DNA from: Eledone cirrhosa
Taxonomy: Eukaryota
NCBI GenBank assembly: GCA_964016885.1
Contig: OZ024743.1
Location: 154,008,001-154,072,000, forward strand
Direction: 5' to 3'
DNA length: 64,000 nt
In this document: piece after piece, positions 39,570-54,764 of the stretch
How positions within the stretch are numbered: position 1 is the stretch's first letter
How the letters are laid out: every line of letters begins with the position of its first letter
The notes under the pieces: model-generated
The model's database searches: none
What the model was told of the DNA's origin: nothing
Seen by the model: the letters and a program-made list of their open reading frames with translations, nothing else
Translations under genes and position numbers: made by a program

Positions 39570-40830
39570 AAATATTTATGCACAACACTGTGTTGTGCAG
39601 CAATTTGTTATATTGGTAACCAGGTGTTCATTGTGCAAGCTGCATTTCTTGTTTGTATTTGACCTAAATATTACTTTGCTATGAGGTCTCTTTGTAAACA
39701 TAAGGTTAAGTTTACACACCTGTCTTCTGATGACCAGCTAACTAACTTATAAACAAATAAAGACCATCTCATATATTTCTGTGTATGAAACAAATAACAA
39801 AAATGTGGTTATGTCTATTTATTTTTCACAGTGAAACTTGTAATTTAGTAACTGAAGAAACACTTTAAATGAATTTATCTTAGATTTTCTGATATATACT
39901 GTATTTGCACTTCAATATTTTATTCAAATATTATACAAACAGGAATTTGAGAAAAACAATATTACTTGCTAGTGCAGCTGAATTCTCTGCACAAACTTTC
40001 ATCATCTTAGATTTATTCAGTATTAACTAATAAAGACAATTTCTTTTCTAAGCAAACATAGCAGTGTTTATCTATTCAATATCAATAAAAGATGTGCTAT
40101 AGTAGACACCTTAAATCAAATAGATTGATTAACCTGAGAATTGGCTTTTATTTTCTTGTGCCTCCTTTAACTGTAATGTCAATATGTCCCAGTTTGTCCA
40201 GATTGAAGGATTTTATATATGGTTAACTTCTCTAAGTAATAGATATAAAATGAAAAAATATGAGAAATTTCAATTAGCTCTACATCCTTCTAAAGAGAGC
40301 ACAGCTGAAACAAATTTACTTTATTTAAACATTCAAGGAAAATACTGAGTCATTAAAAAGCTTTAAGAAAACTAAAGAAAAAAATATATATATAAATATA
40401 ATATTTTCTGGTTTGTTAATAATGTTTATATTTTGATATAAAAGAAACCAATTTATAGTTCCAGCATTTGATTGATTAATTTCACATAAGATGTAAGATT
40501 TGAATTGCAAAACACTCCCAGAAAACTACATGATATGATTGGTGACAGAGACAAAAGCTTAACTAAAATTGAGTTGGACACAAATTTAGTTTCAGCTACT
40601 ACACAAAACTGATATTTATCATTTTGGCACAAGTTCAGTTTATTACCATTGATCACATCATTAATATATTTTATGGAAGAGATTTTTATGGTGATGGCTT
40701 TTATATCTTTCACTAATAAGAAATAAAGAATTCATCTCTTTCGTTCTTTCTGAGAGACCTAATGGTGAATATCAACATTTCTGGAGAAATCTATGCTCTA
40801 CGTCAGTGAGCAAGACAAGTTTATGACATT
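39570..40830 (+). pseudogene. Possible highly decayed hAT (Charlie/Buster-like) transposase
   Basis: Ordered remnants QHCVV, FHSETCNL (compare HTEVRWLS), SFW, and FMEEIF..K.RIHL (compare YLCE..FS..K.R.RL); many stops. Confidence 0.35.
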
Positions 40831-42419
40831 TAGACTTTATCGACCTTATCTATTTATCTTCTAGATTTGGTTGTATATTTTAATAGTAATGTATAAACTG
40901 TTAAATTCAAAATAACTAACGTTGCTGCTTGTATTTTCCTTGCTATTTCTTAGGTAAAAGCAAGCAAATACATGTAATTTCTCTTGCAGAAAAATTAAAT
41001 AACATGTACAATGTAATCAAATTAATGAACAGTAGAACAAGTCTACTGATAGAAGTATCAACTACTCGTTTTGTGATCTCTCAGTGATAAATTCAGAGGT
41101 GGTTTTTAACCATTGGTATCTTTATTTAAAAGGCAATGCAGTTTAAAGACTACTTCAAGCCAAATCAGTAAGTGAAACTCTGCATAGTTCTTTACTCTCG
41201 GCAATGTATAAGCCATACCTCTGTCAACTGACATTCCTAATATATGAAACAATAGAACCATTTGCTTCTACACCTTAACATTATGAATATGCTTACAAGA
41301 TAGGTATAACAAACAGGGCAATAGGTGATGGTTAAAAGCATCATGTGATGAATACCATTATATAGCAATGTTCAGGAAGAGCTAGCAGAGCGAGTTAGAA
41401 GGGATGTTTTCAATCGATTTCGTAGACAGCTTGCAAAAGTGAGAACAACACCAGCAATCAGTATTCAGATAATTCTGTCTTGTAGGCAAGAGGAGTGTGT
41501 CTAAGAAATTTGCTTTATATCCATGTAAAGACAATATTTTGGGAAAGTGTCTACTGTGATAGCTTGAAGTGGACAATGATTTGTAAGTAAAATTTAGCAA
41601 ATGGAAATTGTGTAGAAGCCTGTCATAAATATGTGTGTATATCATCATCATCTTCATCACTCTAAATACACTTCCCTAATGGTATTGTAATGGGTTGGAC
41701 AGGGTGCATTTTATCAATACACCAGCATTACAACTTTACAAATTGTAGTGAGCGCTTTTCACCATGACATTAGCATTAGAGAGGTTGTCTTTACTGAGTG
41801 ACCTGTGACATTTAATCATGAAATCAACACTAGAGAGGGTCTCATGCCTATAAAAGGAATAAAATGTTCCCTCTAGTGTACATAGTCTTGGTTCATCCAT
41901 CACATTACACAGTGTACTGCATATTTTCCATCATGGTAGCACTATGAGAGATATTGTCTTGTCCACTGCAAGTTAAAGGGATCTCTTTATTCCACATACT
42001 ATCTCACTTTTCACTACATTTACTTGTAACATTGCAATGCTTGTACTGGTGAGTGGTAATGCAGATTGCTAGTCAATTCAATGCTGTGTTATCCCACATT
42101 CAGGAGATCATTCTTTATATCCTTGTTCCATGGCTTCCTTATTATATTTATTATACATGTTCCATGTACTTCAAGTGTTTGACACATTTTTTATTCATTA
42201 TCCATCATATGTTCATACCAGCACAATCTCTTGTGCAGTACATCTGATTCCTCTTATTTGCAACAATAAATTTAGGAAACCAGCCTGCCACATGGTCCCC
42301 TACCAATAAGGTGAACACACAAGCCAGATTGAAGAATGCAATACTCAACTTAATTACATAATAGTGACATTAAAATAAGCACAAAATGGAACAAAACATG
42401 CAGAAAAGCTTGCAAGATG

Positions 42420-44390
42420 AGCGTGCAGAAGTTAAAGAAACTGCCTGTTCAGAAAGGGGCTACGTGATACATATAACAAGAGGGATGAAGCATTAGATAC
42501 ATGTGACATAGTAGATGATTGAAAGTTCTATGTGACAAACTAAGGAGTAAACTGTTGGTGGAACACCATTGTAAATAGAACTGTTAAAGCCAATAGACAA
42601 ACATGGAAAAACTGAGAAAATGGTGGCATGAGATTGAATGGAGAATGAATGGGATTAAGAGAGACTGCCTCCAGCTGACCAGCTATCGAAATTGACAATT
42701 ATAGTGTCAAAGAATAAAAGAGATGAATAATGACAAAGCCGTTGTACTATCGGAGATAGTCCTTGAGTTTCTGGAAACATTTGGAGAAGTAAAAGACCAA
42801 CTAGTCACATGTATGATTAATCAAGTAAGACATGAGGGTATCATACGGAATGGCTGGTTCAGCAGTGTATTCAGTAATTGCTACTAGGGAAAAAAGGTGA
42901 TTCTGTAAAGCCAAGCAAGTACAGGGGCATGAAGCGAATAGACCAAGTAATGAAAGTGACTGAAAGAGATTTGGCTAAATTAATAAGGGAATGTATCAAA
43001 TTAGATGAGATGCAGTTCAGAATTCTTCCAGTGAGAGGTATTACCAATGCCCCTTCTTTTTAGTAAGACAACTACGAGAGAAGTTCCTAGCTTTTTTTTA
43101 AAGGCGTTAAGCATGTTTTATTAATAGAAGTAAAAACAAATCATAAACAAATTAATTTCAAATAACAACAACACCACAGATATAGAAAATGAAGGAAAGG
43201 ACAAGGGCTCTGGGGTCACAGAAGAATGGGAAGGGGAAAGGGGAGGGTGAGGTGCTCTGGCCTTGGGCGCAGCAGTGTTGGGGTTGTGCCCAGCGAACAA
43301 CATGGCTAAAGCAATTCCACAGACAATGGCCAATGAAACCCAATGCAACAGCCACTCCACCTCGCAGAGCTCCTTCCCCAAATGGGCTGCTGACATCTTG
43401 TAGATGAGCTCAGCAGTATGGGGTGAACATAGGCTTGAGATTTTGATGGAGACTGCTGTGAAGAATAAGTGGCTGAAGAGTCTCCAGTATTTGTTTATCT
43501 TCCATTCCTCAGCATTGCGAGACACAGTACCGGGGTTTGTGGACAAAACGACTAAGGTGCACGTGGAACGAATGGAAAGGGTGTAATTCCGTCGGGGTGT
43601 TGCCATCTCCACAGTCAAAGATTGCTGGCTCCAGTTGTGATAGGAAGCCAGCTACATTAAGGTTCCTTCTGAATATGTCGTTGATAGGTATATCTAGCTT
43701 TTGTTGATCTCAATTGTCTTTGTACCATGATCTATCATTTTGCTGTACCTAAGGAAACTAGGTTTAGAAAGAGTGGGCTATACAGATGAGCTGTCAATAA
43801 AGTGAGATGAGATAATGGGTTTAGTGAATAATTCAATGTAAATGTAAGAGTTCATTCATACATGATCCTCAGCCCACTTCTGTTTATTATAGTTCTCCAG
43901 GCCCAAATGGAAACGTTTAAGATGGGCTGTCCATGGAAACATATGTATACTGATGACCTGGTCCTTATAGCTGAATCTGCGGATGAGCCAGAAAAGAAAT
44001 TCCAGCAGTAGAAACAGAATCTCGAATGAAAAGGTCTCTAATTAAACTTGAAAATAAAATTTCAATAAGTGGAAAAAATGACAGGACCCTGATGATATCA
44101 TCAGGGAGTTGGCCTTGTTATATATGTAGAAAAGTAGCAGGAAGAAACTATATGATATACATCGTGGGTGTAATGGGATAGAAGGCACACATACAGGAAA
44201 GGGAAACTTTGAATGAAGATGTAGAGGAATAGTTATTAGTAAGAGCATTACTAAAATAAACTTATTCTAAGAAATAAGTTTTCAGAATAAGAACAGGCTG
44301 GAAAACGTTCAGGGAGCTACTACTATCTTTGTTAATGAAAATAATTTCTCTCTATGAATGAAAGACCAGCTGTATGATTCCTGAGTATTA
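42420..44390 (+). mobile_element. Decayed RTE LINE RT, interrupted at about 43100-43690
   Basis: YRGMKRIDQVMKVTER..LDEMQF..RGITNA, PWKHMYTDDLVLIAES, WKTFRELL. Confidence 0.85.
43100..43690 (-). mobile_element. CRE-like non-LTR element 3' end (RLE domain) inserted into the RTE
   Basis: GDG..PDGIT, PG.VSRNAEEWKINKY..L..EWL..VSLAIVCGIA. Confidence 0.65.
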
Positions 44391-46831
44391 TGTTAATTGT
44401 TACTTGTTAATTTTGTTTACATGTTTTTTAAAACTATTTGTAAATCCTCCGTGGCTGTGGTTTTTGTATTGTCGTCTATATTTTGGCCCTAGTAGCCAAT
44501 AAAGATATAATAATAAATATTATTATTAATCTCACTATTATTATTATAATTTCTTTTTCAGCCAAATAAGTATGTTTTCCAATCTAATAACAAGGAAACA
44601 GATACCAGAATTATGAAACCAATAAAAGTATTACTCTTATACCATGAGCTTATTTCAGTTATTTCATTTTTATATTTCTTCAACGCATAATCTTTTGTTG
44701 AGTTTTAACTGGAATAATATTTACATTTTAAAGTTGATTTCGTATTTTTGGATTTTGTTTCTAAATTTTCACATTTCATCATATCATCACTTGTATACAA
44801 TTCTATGTTGACACACTACTTTCAGCTACAAGTTTAGTGATATAACAGTAGTTACATTGAATATTGTTCCCAGATTACATACACGAAGTAGCCATATCTG
44901 TTATCAAATTAAGTAGCCATATTTGTTCATTAGAGAAAAAAAAGAATTGAATGTGTTGCACTCATCTTGAAACATTGCTGATTAAATCTATTTCCTATTA
45001 GGTTATTGTTTACCCTTCATATCATAATAGTTTATTAACATTAGTATTGAAGAACAATTAGTTTGTAAAAGAAAGAAAAATTGTTTCAACGAAGACTATT
45101 TTGACTTTTTGACGAGATAATTTATGAAAATACTTTGGTGTTAAATGAAATCTTTTTAAATTCATACTATAAATTAAATCATGAAATATAATTTTCAAGC
45201 TTCTGCAATAAAATTCCTCACTTTTTAAAATTTTTTTCCAGTTTTGTTTGGATTTGTTTGGAAATTAGAGACAATAATGATTTCCTAGAAAAACAAAGCA
45301 ACATAGTGAAATGGAATATATTTTAATGCTGACAACAGCAAAATAAATAGAAATTTCAGTAACAACAAAGTGAAACAATAAAAACAGTACTGATGATATC
45401 AGAATCATCCTCATCAACTTTGTAGCCAAAACAGTCACAACCACTATCTCAACATCATAACCATCACCATTGTCATCATCATAATGTCATTATAGAAAAT
45501 AGGAGGTGGAAAAAATTACACTAAATTTTTAAGTTACCAGAGGGGTGAAATTCATGTAAAAAGTTGAAGTGCTATACTAATTAGGGTAATCAGTCACTGA
45601 AACACATGCTGTCATGAAATCTTTGTAATCTCATTTATTTCACAATAAAAAGTAAAAAGATAAAAGCATTAGCACAAACCTTTGAAAAGAATTTCCCCAC
45701 ATATACACAATGTCACATTTTCTGATAAAAATACTGATTGTTAAGCAATATCTAAAGGACAAATCTGGGAGGGAATGTGTGCTTATCATTTACATAAATG
45801 TTGCCATGTTATGTAGAATTTAAAGCTACAGACTAAAAGCATTGTGACCACAGTTCTGAGTTCAAATTACACTGAATTTGACATTCAGGTAGTGTTCCAG
45901 AAATAAAATATTTAGATATAGATGTTTTTGTTGTTGTTCTTATTTATCTCTTCTTTAACCGGATCACTCTCGCCTTCGATCAAAGGCATCCCAGCAATGC
46001 TTTTTTTAATTACATATATATTTCATTTAACATAACGGTATCGAACATGTTCTTTATTTTGAAAGACATTAATGTATGAGTGTGAAATGGGGAGCTTTAA
46101 CCACTATTTCTAGCTGGTTAAGTATTTGTAGTGTCATTTGATCAAACGACGTTGGAAGTCTTTCTGAGTTCAGACTAGTAAGGTTGCTATTTAGTTTGAT
46201 GACTCGCTGGAATAAAGTGACTGAGAAAGCATCTCCATAATTTTAGAAAAGAGTTGATTAAAGAGATAATAACGAAATGCTGTAACAAGCCATGAACATT
46301 TTCATACAAATTGGCAAATTAGAGTTTGTCTGGATGTGATACTAAATTGTGCAGCAAATTTACAATATCAATATATCAGCTCTGTTTCTATCTTTCCAAA
46401 ATGAAAAGAAAGAAAAAATATTCTGTATATACTTCATATATCTAATTTATGTGCTATGACTTTGAAAAGTACTGCAGATGTTAAGAATTGACTGTGTGAT
46501 TGAGATAATATCAAATTAACCCCCCACACCATCAAAGACAAAGAGTTCAGTGATTTGTGTCACAACTATGGTTGATTTCAAATCTACTAGGTGGAAATAT
46601 ATATCTTCAGAAATAGAGCGGCTGAAAATCATTTGATAAATATATTGATCAACGGTAATTATGAGGTAGGGATTTTGAAAGGGGAAATTAAAATTCATAA
46701 AGTGTTACATTGTATCTATGTAACTCATATGGACTTGATTCATAAAGAAATAAAACAAATTCTCCAAGCTAATGAAATTTTCCTCAAGATATAACTTTGC
46801 ACAAATGGAGAACATTATTAAAAAACGAAAA

Positions 46832-47014
46832 GGCGGTGGATTGGCAGTATCGGTAGAGGGTCGGACGCCATGCTTTCCAGCATAGTTACGTCCCTTTACG
46901 ATCTGAGTTCAAATCCCGCCGAGGTTGACTTTGCCTTTCATCCTTACGGGGTCGATAAAATAAAGTACCAGTAATGCACTGGGTAATTGCTGGCCTGCGC
47001 CTAAAGTAGAAACA
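46832..47014 (+). mobile_element. tRNA-derived SINE, family A, young copy with 18-bp TSD
   Basis: attattaaaaaacgaaaa flanks both ends. Confidence 0.93.
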
Positions 47015-50000
47015 ATTATTAAAAAACGAAAAAAAATGCCAGGCAAACATTATATGTTTATTTGCTGCCATTTGCATAATCCTATCAATATTGGTCTCTT
47101 GATTATCATATTTTGGAAACAGTGCTCTGTCATAGAAAAGGTAACTGAATTATTTCTGTATTTTTGCTCCCACATAGTCTACATGTCTGGGCTGTGAATG
47201 GAAGAAAACATTCAGTAAGTAAGTGGGCCTAGATCCTTCTTTTAGCCTATGAGAGAATAAAAAAAAACGGAAATTAAGCTAAGGAAATATCTATGTCTAT
47301 CTGACAATAGTGTCTGTTCGCTATTACAATGAGTGAGATTTAAATTTTGATTTTTCAAAGGACGGGGTACATTTGACATTTGACTGATACACCTAAAATC
47401 TACTAACTCCCTATAAATTACAACATTTCATCTCCATCATTAAGGAAAGAAGAGAAAAGCCATCTTCAAATCAGGTCAAGGAAATTATATTTCTATTGAA
47501 CGTTTCAGCTGAAACATTCTATTGAATGTTTCAGCTCCTGGGAGAAGTGTCACTACTTTTCCAGTGACTGGAAGTGGAATTTAAATTCAAAATGTACAGA
47601 ATCAAAACAAATATGCCAACACATCCCATCTAATATTTTAATAATTCCAGTAATCCCCGATACCTAGACTAGTACTTAATATATATTGACCTGGAAAGGA
47701 TGAAATACAAAGCTGATCTTAGTAGGATTAGAATTCAGAGTGCAGAAAGCCAAACTAAATACCAAAGCAATCAACACCACTCTAACGATTATACCAAATT
47801 CTTACATCATATATAGTAGCAAACGATATGACAAACGAAAAGGAATTCCTACTAGGTGTTTGATTACATGGGAAATTGGTTAACAATAGGATATTCTATA
47901 GCTTCTAGTTACAAGTTTTCTTTTCAGTCTTTTAATAGATTACCCAGAGGAGGAATTGCGTTATCTATGACATTTTCAAGGGATTCATGGCTGTTGAGAG
48001 AAATGGAGGATGTTATCTTCAAACCAGAATATTTGCATAATAATGGACGTCACTACATGCACTCAATGATAAACTAATGTTGGTAATCAAAGCAACTGAT
48101 GAAATATAATAAGCAATTCGAATGTTGATATTAAACAATATAAACTAAAGGAGTAAATACAAAGAATCAACATGAAGTCACACTTGAAATACATCCTCAT
48201 ATGTTGAATACAAAATCATAAAAAAAAAAAAATTAAAGAAATCATTATTTATGACGAAATATGTTTTCTGATATTGAAATGAAAAAAATACACATGGATC
48301 TGTCAGTCCTAAATAAAGTAGTGGAAACAAGCATGAGTTGTTTCCTGTTACATACATTTCTTAATGTCTGTGAGATATCAGATTAGATGAAAAATGAAAC
48401 AGGGTGCAAGGTTTGAAGTTTTATGGTACTAAATTTAGTGTCATGACTAACTTTGATTTTGACCTTTTCTGGATATCAGACCCATCATTTTCATCACACA
48501 GTCTGATATCATAAAGACGGATAACCTATTGAATGATGTGTGGGAATGTGGAAGATCAAACAGCTGTGTCTCAATACATCACAGTAATGTAGCAAATGGA
48601 TAAATGTAATAAATGTTATAAATAAATGTATTGGAAAGTTTTTGAAATGATATAAAAATAAGGAAATAATATAATGTTGAAAAAACGAATTAAGGATTTG
48701 GTTTTTTAATGACTTGTTCATCATAATTACTGCCTTATAGTTGTCATTTCAGAAAACTTAACATAATGGAGAAAGTCCTTTTCATCAGTATTGTCATTCA
48801 TCTTCACTGATCTCTGACAATCAAGTATCATCGAAAATGAATCAAAGCTATATAGCTGATTAATCATGAAACACTTTATAGAATTGTAAGATGTTGTGTA
48901 AGATTGAAACTGAACAATATTACCAGATAAACCCACACTGGCTAATTAACACAGACATGAAAAAATGTAGTAACCAATAAAGAATATTGAGGAGATGAAT
49001 GGTTTAGAAAAGTGTAGTACGTAAAAATGATAATTAAGAGGATATGATGATAAAGGTGGCAATAGTAGTAATAGAGATGATGGTACTGATGCTGATGATG
49101 ATAAGTATGTTGATAATGATATTGTTGATAGTAGTAGTCATGTTTGCTGATAAAGATGAAGAGATAGTCAGTGTCACTATACAATAGTTGATAATACAAA
49201 CATGAAAGACATAAATATCTCATAACTAATAATCAAACGTATCTCTCCATTCTCCCACCTACATACAATTTTGCTACTATGTAGTAGCAAAGTTACTTAA
49301 CCAAAAATAAACCTATAAATTTATGGTGCAATAAAATTCTCAGCTCGTCTATCTTTCATCTACTATACAAAACCATTACCTGCAGATATAAATTCTTTAA
49401 ACCATCACACAAATCTTTGCTTGCTTGGATTGCTTATATTTTTCAATCAGAATCAGAGTGCCAAACAAAAATATTAGACATCTATATAGAATATTATCCT
49501 ATAACATACATGATAGCACCCAAGAATCTATAATCTAGTCAAAACAGACAATTAAGCTTGGGAGCATGTACTACTTAAATGGCTCCATGGTATGCATGTA
49601 AGACACAGGCATGCACTTAGGTGAAGCTGAGTCCAGGTGCAGAATTGTAGTGAATGAAGAACATTTAAGACCGAAGTGGCGAAAAGTTCCAAGACAACAG
49701 TGGTCAACCATGGGTTAGTCAATGCTAATACGTTGGTTGATGTTTGTATGAATGTGGCTAGATTCATTGTTCTTGTTCAAATTACTGAAATACAAATCAA
49801 CATATTTGAAGTGGTTTTAAGATAAACTCTAAAAGCTAATAATACCATATTACATCCTTTTGGCAAAGTTATTTCTATTATGATGAGATTGTATCTCAAA
49901 ATATAAACCATGAATTATGTCATCAAAATATTCAATAAATGCTATTAACTCTATTAAACTTCATAAAAAATATAACGCTGATACAAAATAGGGTTATTGG

Positions 50001-50106
50001 AAAGTATGTTGAAACATAGATTTGTGAAGAAAACTTCTGGATAATGAAGCCTTAAAATATACATCTATTTGAGGAAGTTCAGAGATAATTTGATGAGAAT
50101 CAGTGG

Positions 50107-50161
<55 letters not shown>

Positions 50162-50218
50162 CCCACCCCCACCCCCGAAACACACACACGCAGACACACA
50201 CACACACACGCACCCACG

Positions 50219-50301
<83 letters not shown>

Positions 50302-52619
50302 TTGTGTGTGTGTGTTATGTGTATGTATGCGGGTCTGTGTGTATGTGCATACATATATAACTGTGTATTTGTAAGTATATCCTGGTGTTGAAACAATAAT
50401 TGCCAGTAATAAAATAGGGTTGAATCATTTAATTATGTCATCACCTCAAACCAAAGGTGAGGTTTCTATAGAAGTAAATGTATAAATAAATAACATTAGT
50501 GTTTTAAATTTTCTAACTTAATTTTCTATTTCAAATGTAAAGTTATTCAATGTTATTTAATGTTTAAACAAAAACAAGAGTATATCAAAATACTTTTTTA
50601 AAGAGAATTCATTTATATATTTAGTTGTTAATGGTTATTCTAATGTTTTTCTTTCTGTATAACTTTAGTAAAAGTCGATTATAATGGTGTATATCAATAT
50701 GAATGAAGAAGCTACATGGTAAACACATCCAGTATAAATGGCAATGTGGTGGTCATAGGAAAGGCATCCAACTGTAATAATTTTGCCAAACAAATTGGTT
50801 AGAAGGACAATCAGTTGTGTTAAATATGACAACCTCTCCTGTGCACTCAGAGGATGAAATGAAACACAAATCCCTGGCCTGTCTGGAAGATCAGTGGATC
50901 TGCTTCAGTTCTGATGTGGTCTATGTAGACACATCCAATCCTTGCTAGCTGGAAAAACAGATGTTATAATGACAATGATTGCAAAGACTGGTTAAGTCAT
51001 TCAGACATCAATGAATTTTATTCTCCATGTGATGAAATTAGGTTGCCTAAAACTGTATGTATGGTATGGAAATAGGTACAAGTGTTCTTGAAAGAATATG
51101 AGGAAATTATTGGTGCATGTGTATATAGATAAATGGTGAATGTGTGTGTGTCTGTGTATAACTATATGTGTTTGCAAGGAACAGAATGGAAAACTAAATG
51201 TAACACAATTTACTATATAGTACACCATTTCTAGATAAATAGTCAGTATAGGATTAGCCCATCAGTTAGGAGCAAGTAATGAAAACTGAAGAAATAATTA
51301 AGTTTACTCTAGACATTTTCAAAATTAGGAAGAATGATTCAAAGCCAGACATTTCAATAAGGATACATGTAAAATATGTGTAAGTTGATAATGCCAAGTG
51401 ACAAAACTGGAGCAAGGTCTAACTAATGAAGAAAGAAAACAGAATATTCAAGAGTTTTGACACAATATAGTTTCGTGGCGAAGACTGAAGCTAATTTTGA
51501 TACCTATATTATGTCGATTCAGTATTTTCCAAAGCTTTCAAATGAAAGCAGCTGAAGAAATGCAGATAAAATTTCCATAGGGAAAAAGGATATTAACTCT
51601 CATATGGATGTATGTGTTGTGTAAATTGTAAAATGACACATACTAATGTATAATCAGGTGTGCTCTACAAGGATATGCAAGCTGATACTCAGATGATTAA
51701 AGAACAATCCTAGAGCTGTATTCCATAGTAAGAGCAAAGAGAATGGCTGTGCGAATTGCAGTACAAGTCAGACATCTGAGCTATTAAACATGTGAAAGAG
51801 ACACGTGAGTATATTACACCTGGAGGATCTGGAAAATAGAGAAAGATAGAAAACAGATAATAACACAGACAGTAACAGCAGTAGGCCCCAGAACCTGTTT
51901 TTACAGCACCACTGGCAGCAAATCTCAATACAAGAAGCCATCATCTTGTGACAAGTATGTGAAGACAGTGGTTGTCTAGTGGTGGAAAACTGTCAGAAAA
52001 AGTATAATAAAGAATGTCATGCTCCAAAACAGGGAATCCAAGCAAAGCATGCAAGAAAGAGCTCATCTTGCTCTGGGATGATTTTGCTAAAAATAAACTA
52101 AACAAAGGAAAATACTCGAAATTATAGAATGCTGAGTAAAGAGATAGACTTAATCTAAATGAAACATACATATATAAGAGCCATTTCAAGTGTCTAAGAA
52201 CTGTTATACATTAATCCCCCAGTAAACGTAGGCTTTCTTACCCACACCTTCATTACTCATGAGTAGTTTCTGAACTAAATATCAAAAATACTTATTTCCA
52301 GAGTACCTGGAAGTAGAAGGCTGTCAGAATTGTAAGTAGAACGCTGTCAGAATTGTAGGTGCCTTTATTAAACTTAGGTTGCAGCATTTCACACATTTGT
52401 GGGGAGTTTAATCTTATTTTCTTTGTGTTATTTATATTCTTATTTATATTGTTTTGTTTGTATCTAGGTATAATTATTTTTGGAATGTAAAAATCCCATA
52501 ATTTATTATATAATTTTTCCCCAATTTATATTGTTTACATAAATCCCTATGTACTTCTCCAGATGTTTTTATAATTATATAACATTGTTAGTGTGAATAA
52601 GGGCTGTTGGAGGCATGAA

Positions 52620-52800
52620 TGAGGTAGCAGATTATCAGAATCTTTAAAGCATTGGAAAAAAGGCTTTGAAGTATTTGTTATGAAACTTTGTTTTGAGTTT
52701 AAATCCTACAAAGAGCATATTTGCTTTTTATCCTCTAGGGGTTGATAAAAAAAAGTACCAGTCAAGTACTAGGGTTGATATAATTGATTTGCCCCTGTCT
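52620..52800 (+). mobile_element. Old diverged SINE of family A type (another at about 47650-47795, minus)
   Basis: gagtttaaatcct..gctttttatcctctaggggttgataaaa..gtaccag. Confidence 0.6.
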
Positions 52801-53364
52801 ACAAATCTTTAGAAACCATTATTAATAGTTGTAATAGTAATAGTATGCTATTAAGTAGCAAAATAGAAGCTTAGCAGGTGAATGTTTCATAGTATTGAGT
52901 TTTGACTATTTTTGCTCAGTTAAAACCTAACTATGTTAGCATTGACCTATTATACATCCAAAATCAACATCAATGTTTTCGTGAAGTTGATTAATTTTGC
53001 TACACAAGTAAAGCTTTGCACCAATATACAATAACCTAATTTTAGTATTTCAGATTGGAAAACAAAGACATTCATCAATAACATTTCATCATACTTTTGA
53101 TGTTTGCTGTATGACAATTTAGCTCCCACCAGTTGTTTTAAACGTTACTGACATCTTATTTCTGTTTATTAATAGTAACCCTGTAAAACACGTTAAAGAG
53201 ATACTTTAAAGACAAAAATGATATAAAAAATAATCACACTTTATTGATCATTAAGATCATATGAAATAAGTGAATAAGCAAAAGTGATATTAAAAGAAAG
53301 TGTATTTCAGAAGGATTATCTGTGACAACAAATAAATATATATATGTATAAACATTTGTGCAAT

Positions 53365-53733
53365 TGCATACGTAAAATGTATTGTAATTTCGAGCATTAA
53401 TAATAATAACAATTGTTTCTAATATTGGCACAGGGGCAGTAATTACCCAGTACATTACTGATACTTTAGATTATCTACCCCGTAAGGATGAAGGTAAAGT
53501 TAACGTCGGCAGGATTTGAACTCAGAATGGTGTCCGACCCTCTACCGATACTGCCAATTCCCCGCAGGAAAATGCATACGTAATGCATACGTAAAATGTA
53601 TTGTAATTTCTAGCATTAATAATAATAATAAGTGTTTCTTCTTTTGGTACAAGGCCAGCAATTACCCAGTGCGTTAATGGTGCTTTATTTCATCGACCCC
53701 CCGTAATGATGAAAGGCAAAGTTAACCTCGGCA
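53365..53733 (-). mobile_element. SINE family A plus flank, locally duplicated in tandem
   Basis: tgcatacgtaaaatgtattgtaatttc.agcattaataataata precedes both SINE pieces (53410-53563 and 53630-53733). Confidence 0.8.
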
Positions 53734-53862
53734 CAAGAACAATACTTTTAGATAATGGAAATGATAAAATTGACCTCAGTACTTGGAAGGATAAAAAGTC
53801 ATTCTCATGAAGATTTGAGTGCAGAATGTAAAGTCTGTAACTGAGCAATGCATGTAAATGAC

Positions 53863-54250
53863 ACATAGTCACTACTTTAAAGCCGATAGCGTATGGTCTT
53901 CAAAATACTTTTAATTAAACATACGGTATATTGCCAATTATACTATACATACATTCATGTATACATTGCTATTTCAGAGCAGCAATGCTAATACCTAATT
54001 TTTGCTGGACCGGCAATCGCTCTGTATAATCAGTTCCTGATTATTACTGGAATTCTATAGAATCCAACTTCTATAATTTTTGGCGAAAGCAGGGACTGCG
54101 TGGCTCTGATGATCGTCAACAGCGTGAAACAGAATGTTAGCTTCTCTCCCTTCTTTCGCCGAAAAGAAGTAAGTGACATAGTCACTACTTTAAAACCGAT
54201 AGCGTATGGTCTTCAACATGTTTTTAATTAAACATACGGTATATTGCCAA
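53863..54250 (+). mobile_element. 313-bp unit with 75-bp terminal redundancy carrying an extended hammerhead (retrozyme-like)
   Basis: 53863-53937 is repeated at 54176-54250. Confidence 0.75.
54077..54165 (+). ncRNA. Extended type I hammerhead ribozyme
   Basis: tttttggcgaaag-c-aggga-[ctgcgt]-ggct-CTGATGA-t-cgt-caaca-gcg-t-GAAAC-AGAAT-GTT-agct-[tctc]-tccct-t-ctttcgccgaaaa. Confidence 0.8.
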
Positions 54251-54295
54251 ATATTATGGCGATTGGGAGGAGAAACACTATATATATAATATATA

Positions 54296-54428
<133 letters not shown>

Positions 54429-54764
54429 GGAGAGAGAGAGAGATTGATCGATTAGACCTATAGCCAACCATACACTATATATTGCTCTGATTGTTGATTA
54501 TTTGATTAATTAATTCGTTATTGAGCCACTCGGTGAATGTTTGTACCTAATTGTGTATGGGTGGCTATATGGATATATGTCTAATCAATTTCTACGGGCT
54601 ATTAGAAATACTGGGTAAATCTTCTGTGGTCGTTGATCGCTGATAAAATAGCTATCACTTATTTATCTATTGTTTCTTCATAGGTACATTTTAAACTTAT
54701 AGCCTCGTTTAATTGATTTTTCTGTAGTTAATTATGGCGATTGGGAGGAGAAATACTGTATATA

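Noticed and set aside
47112-47222. Two possible micro-exons with AG/GT boundaries
   Set aside because: Too short to support without transcript data; such signals arise by chance.
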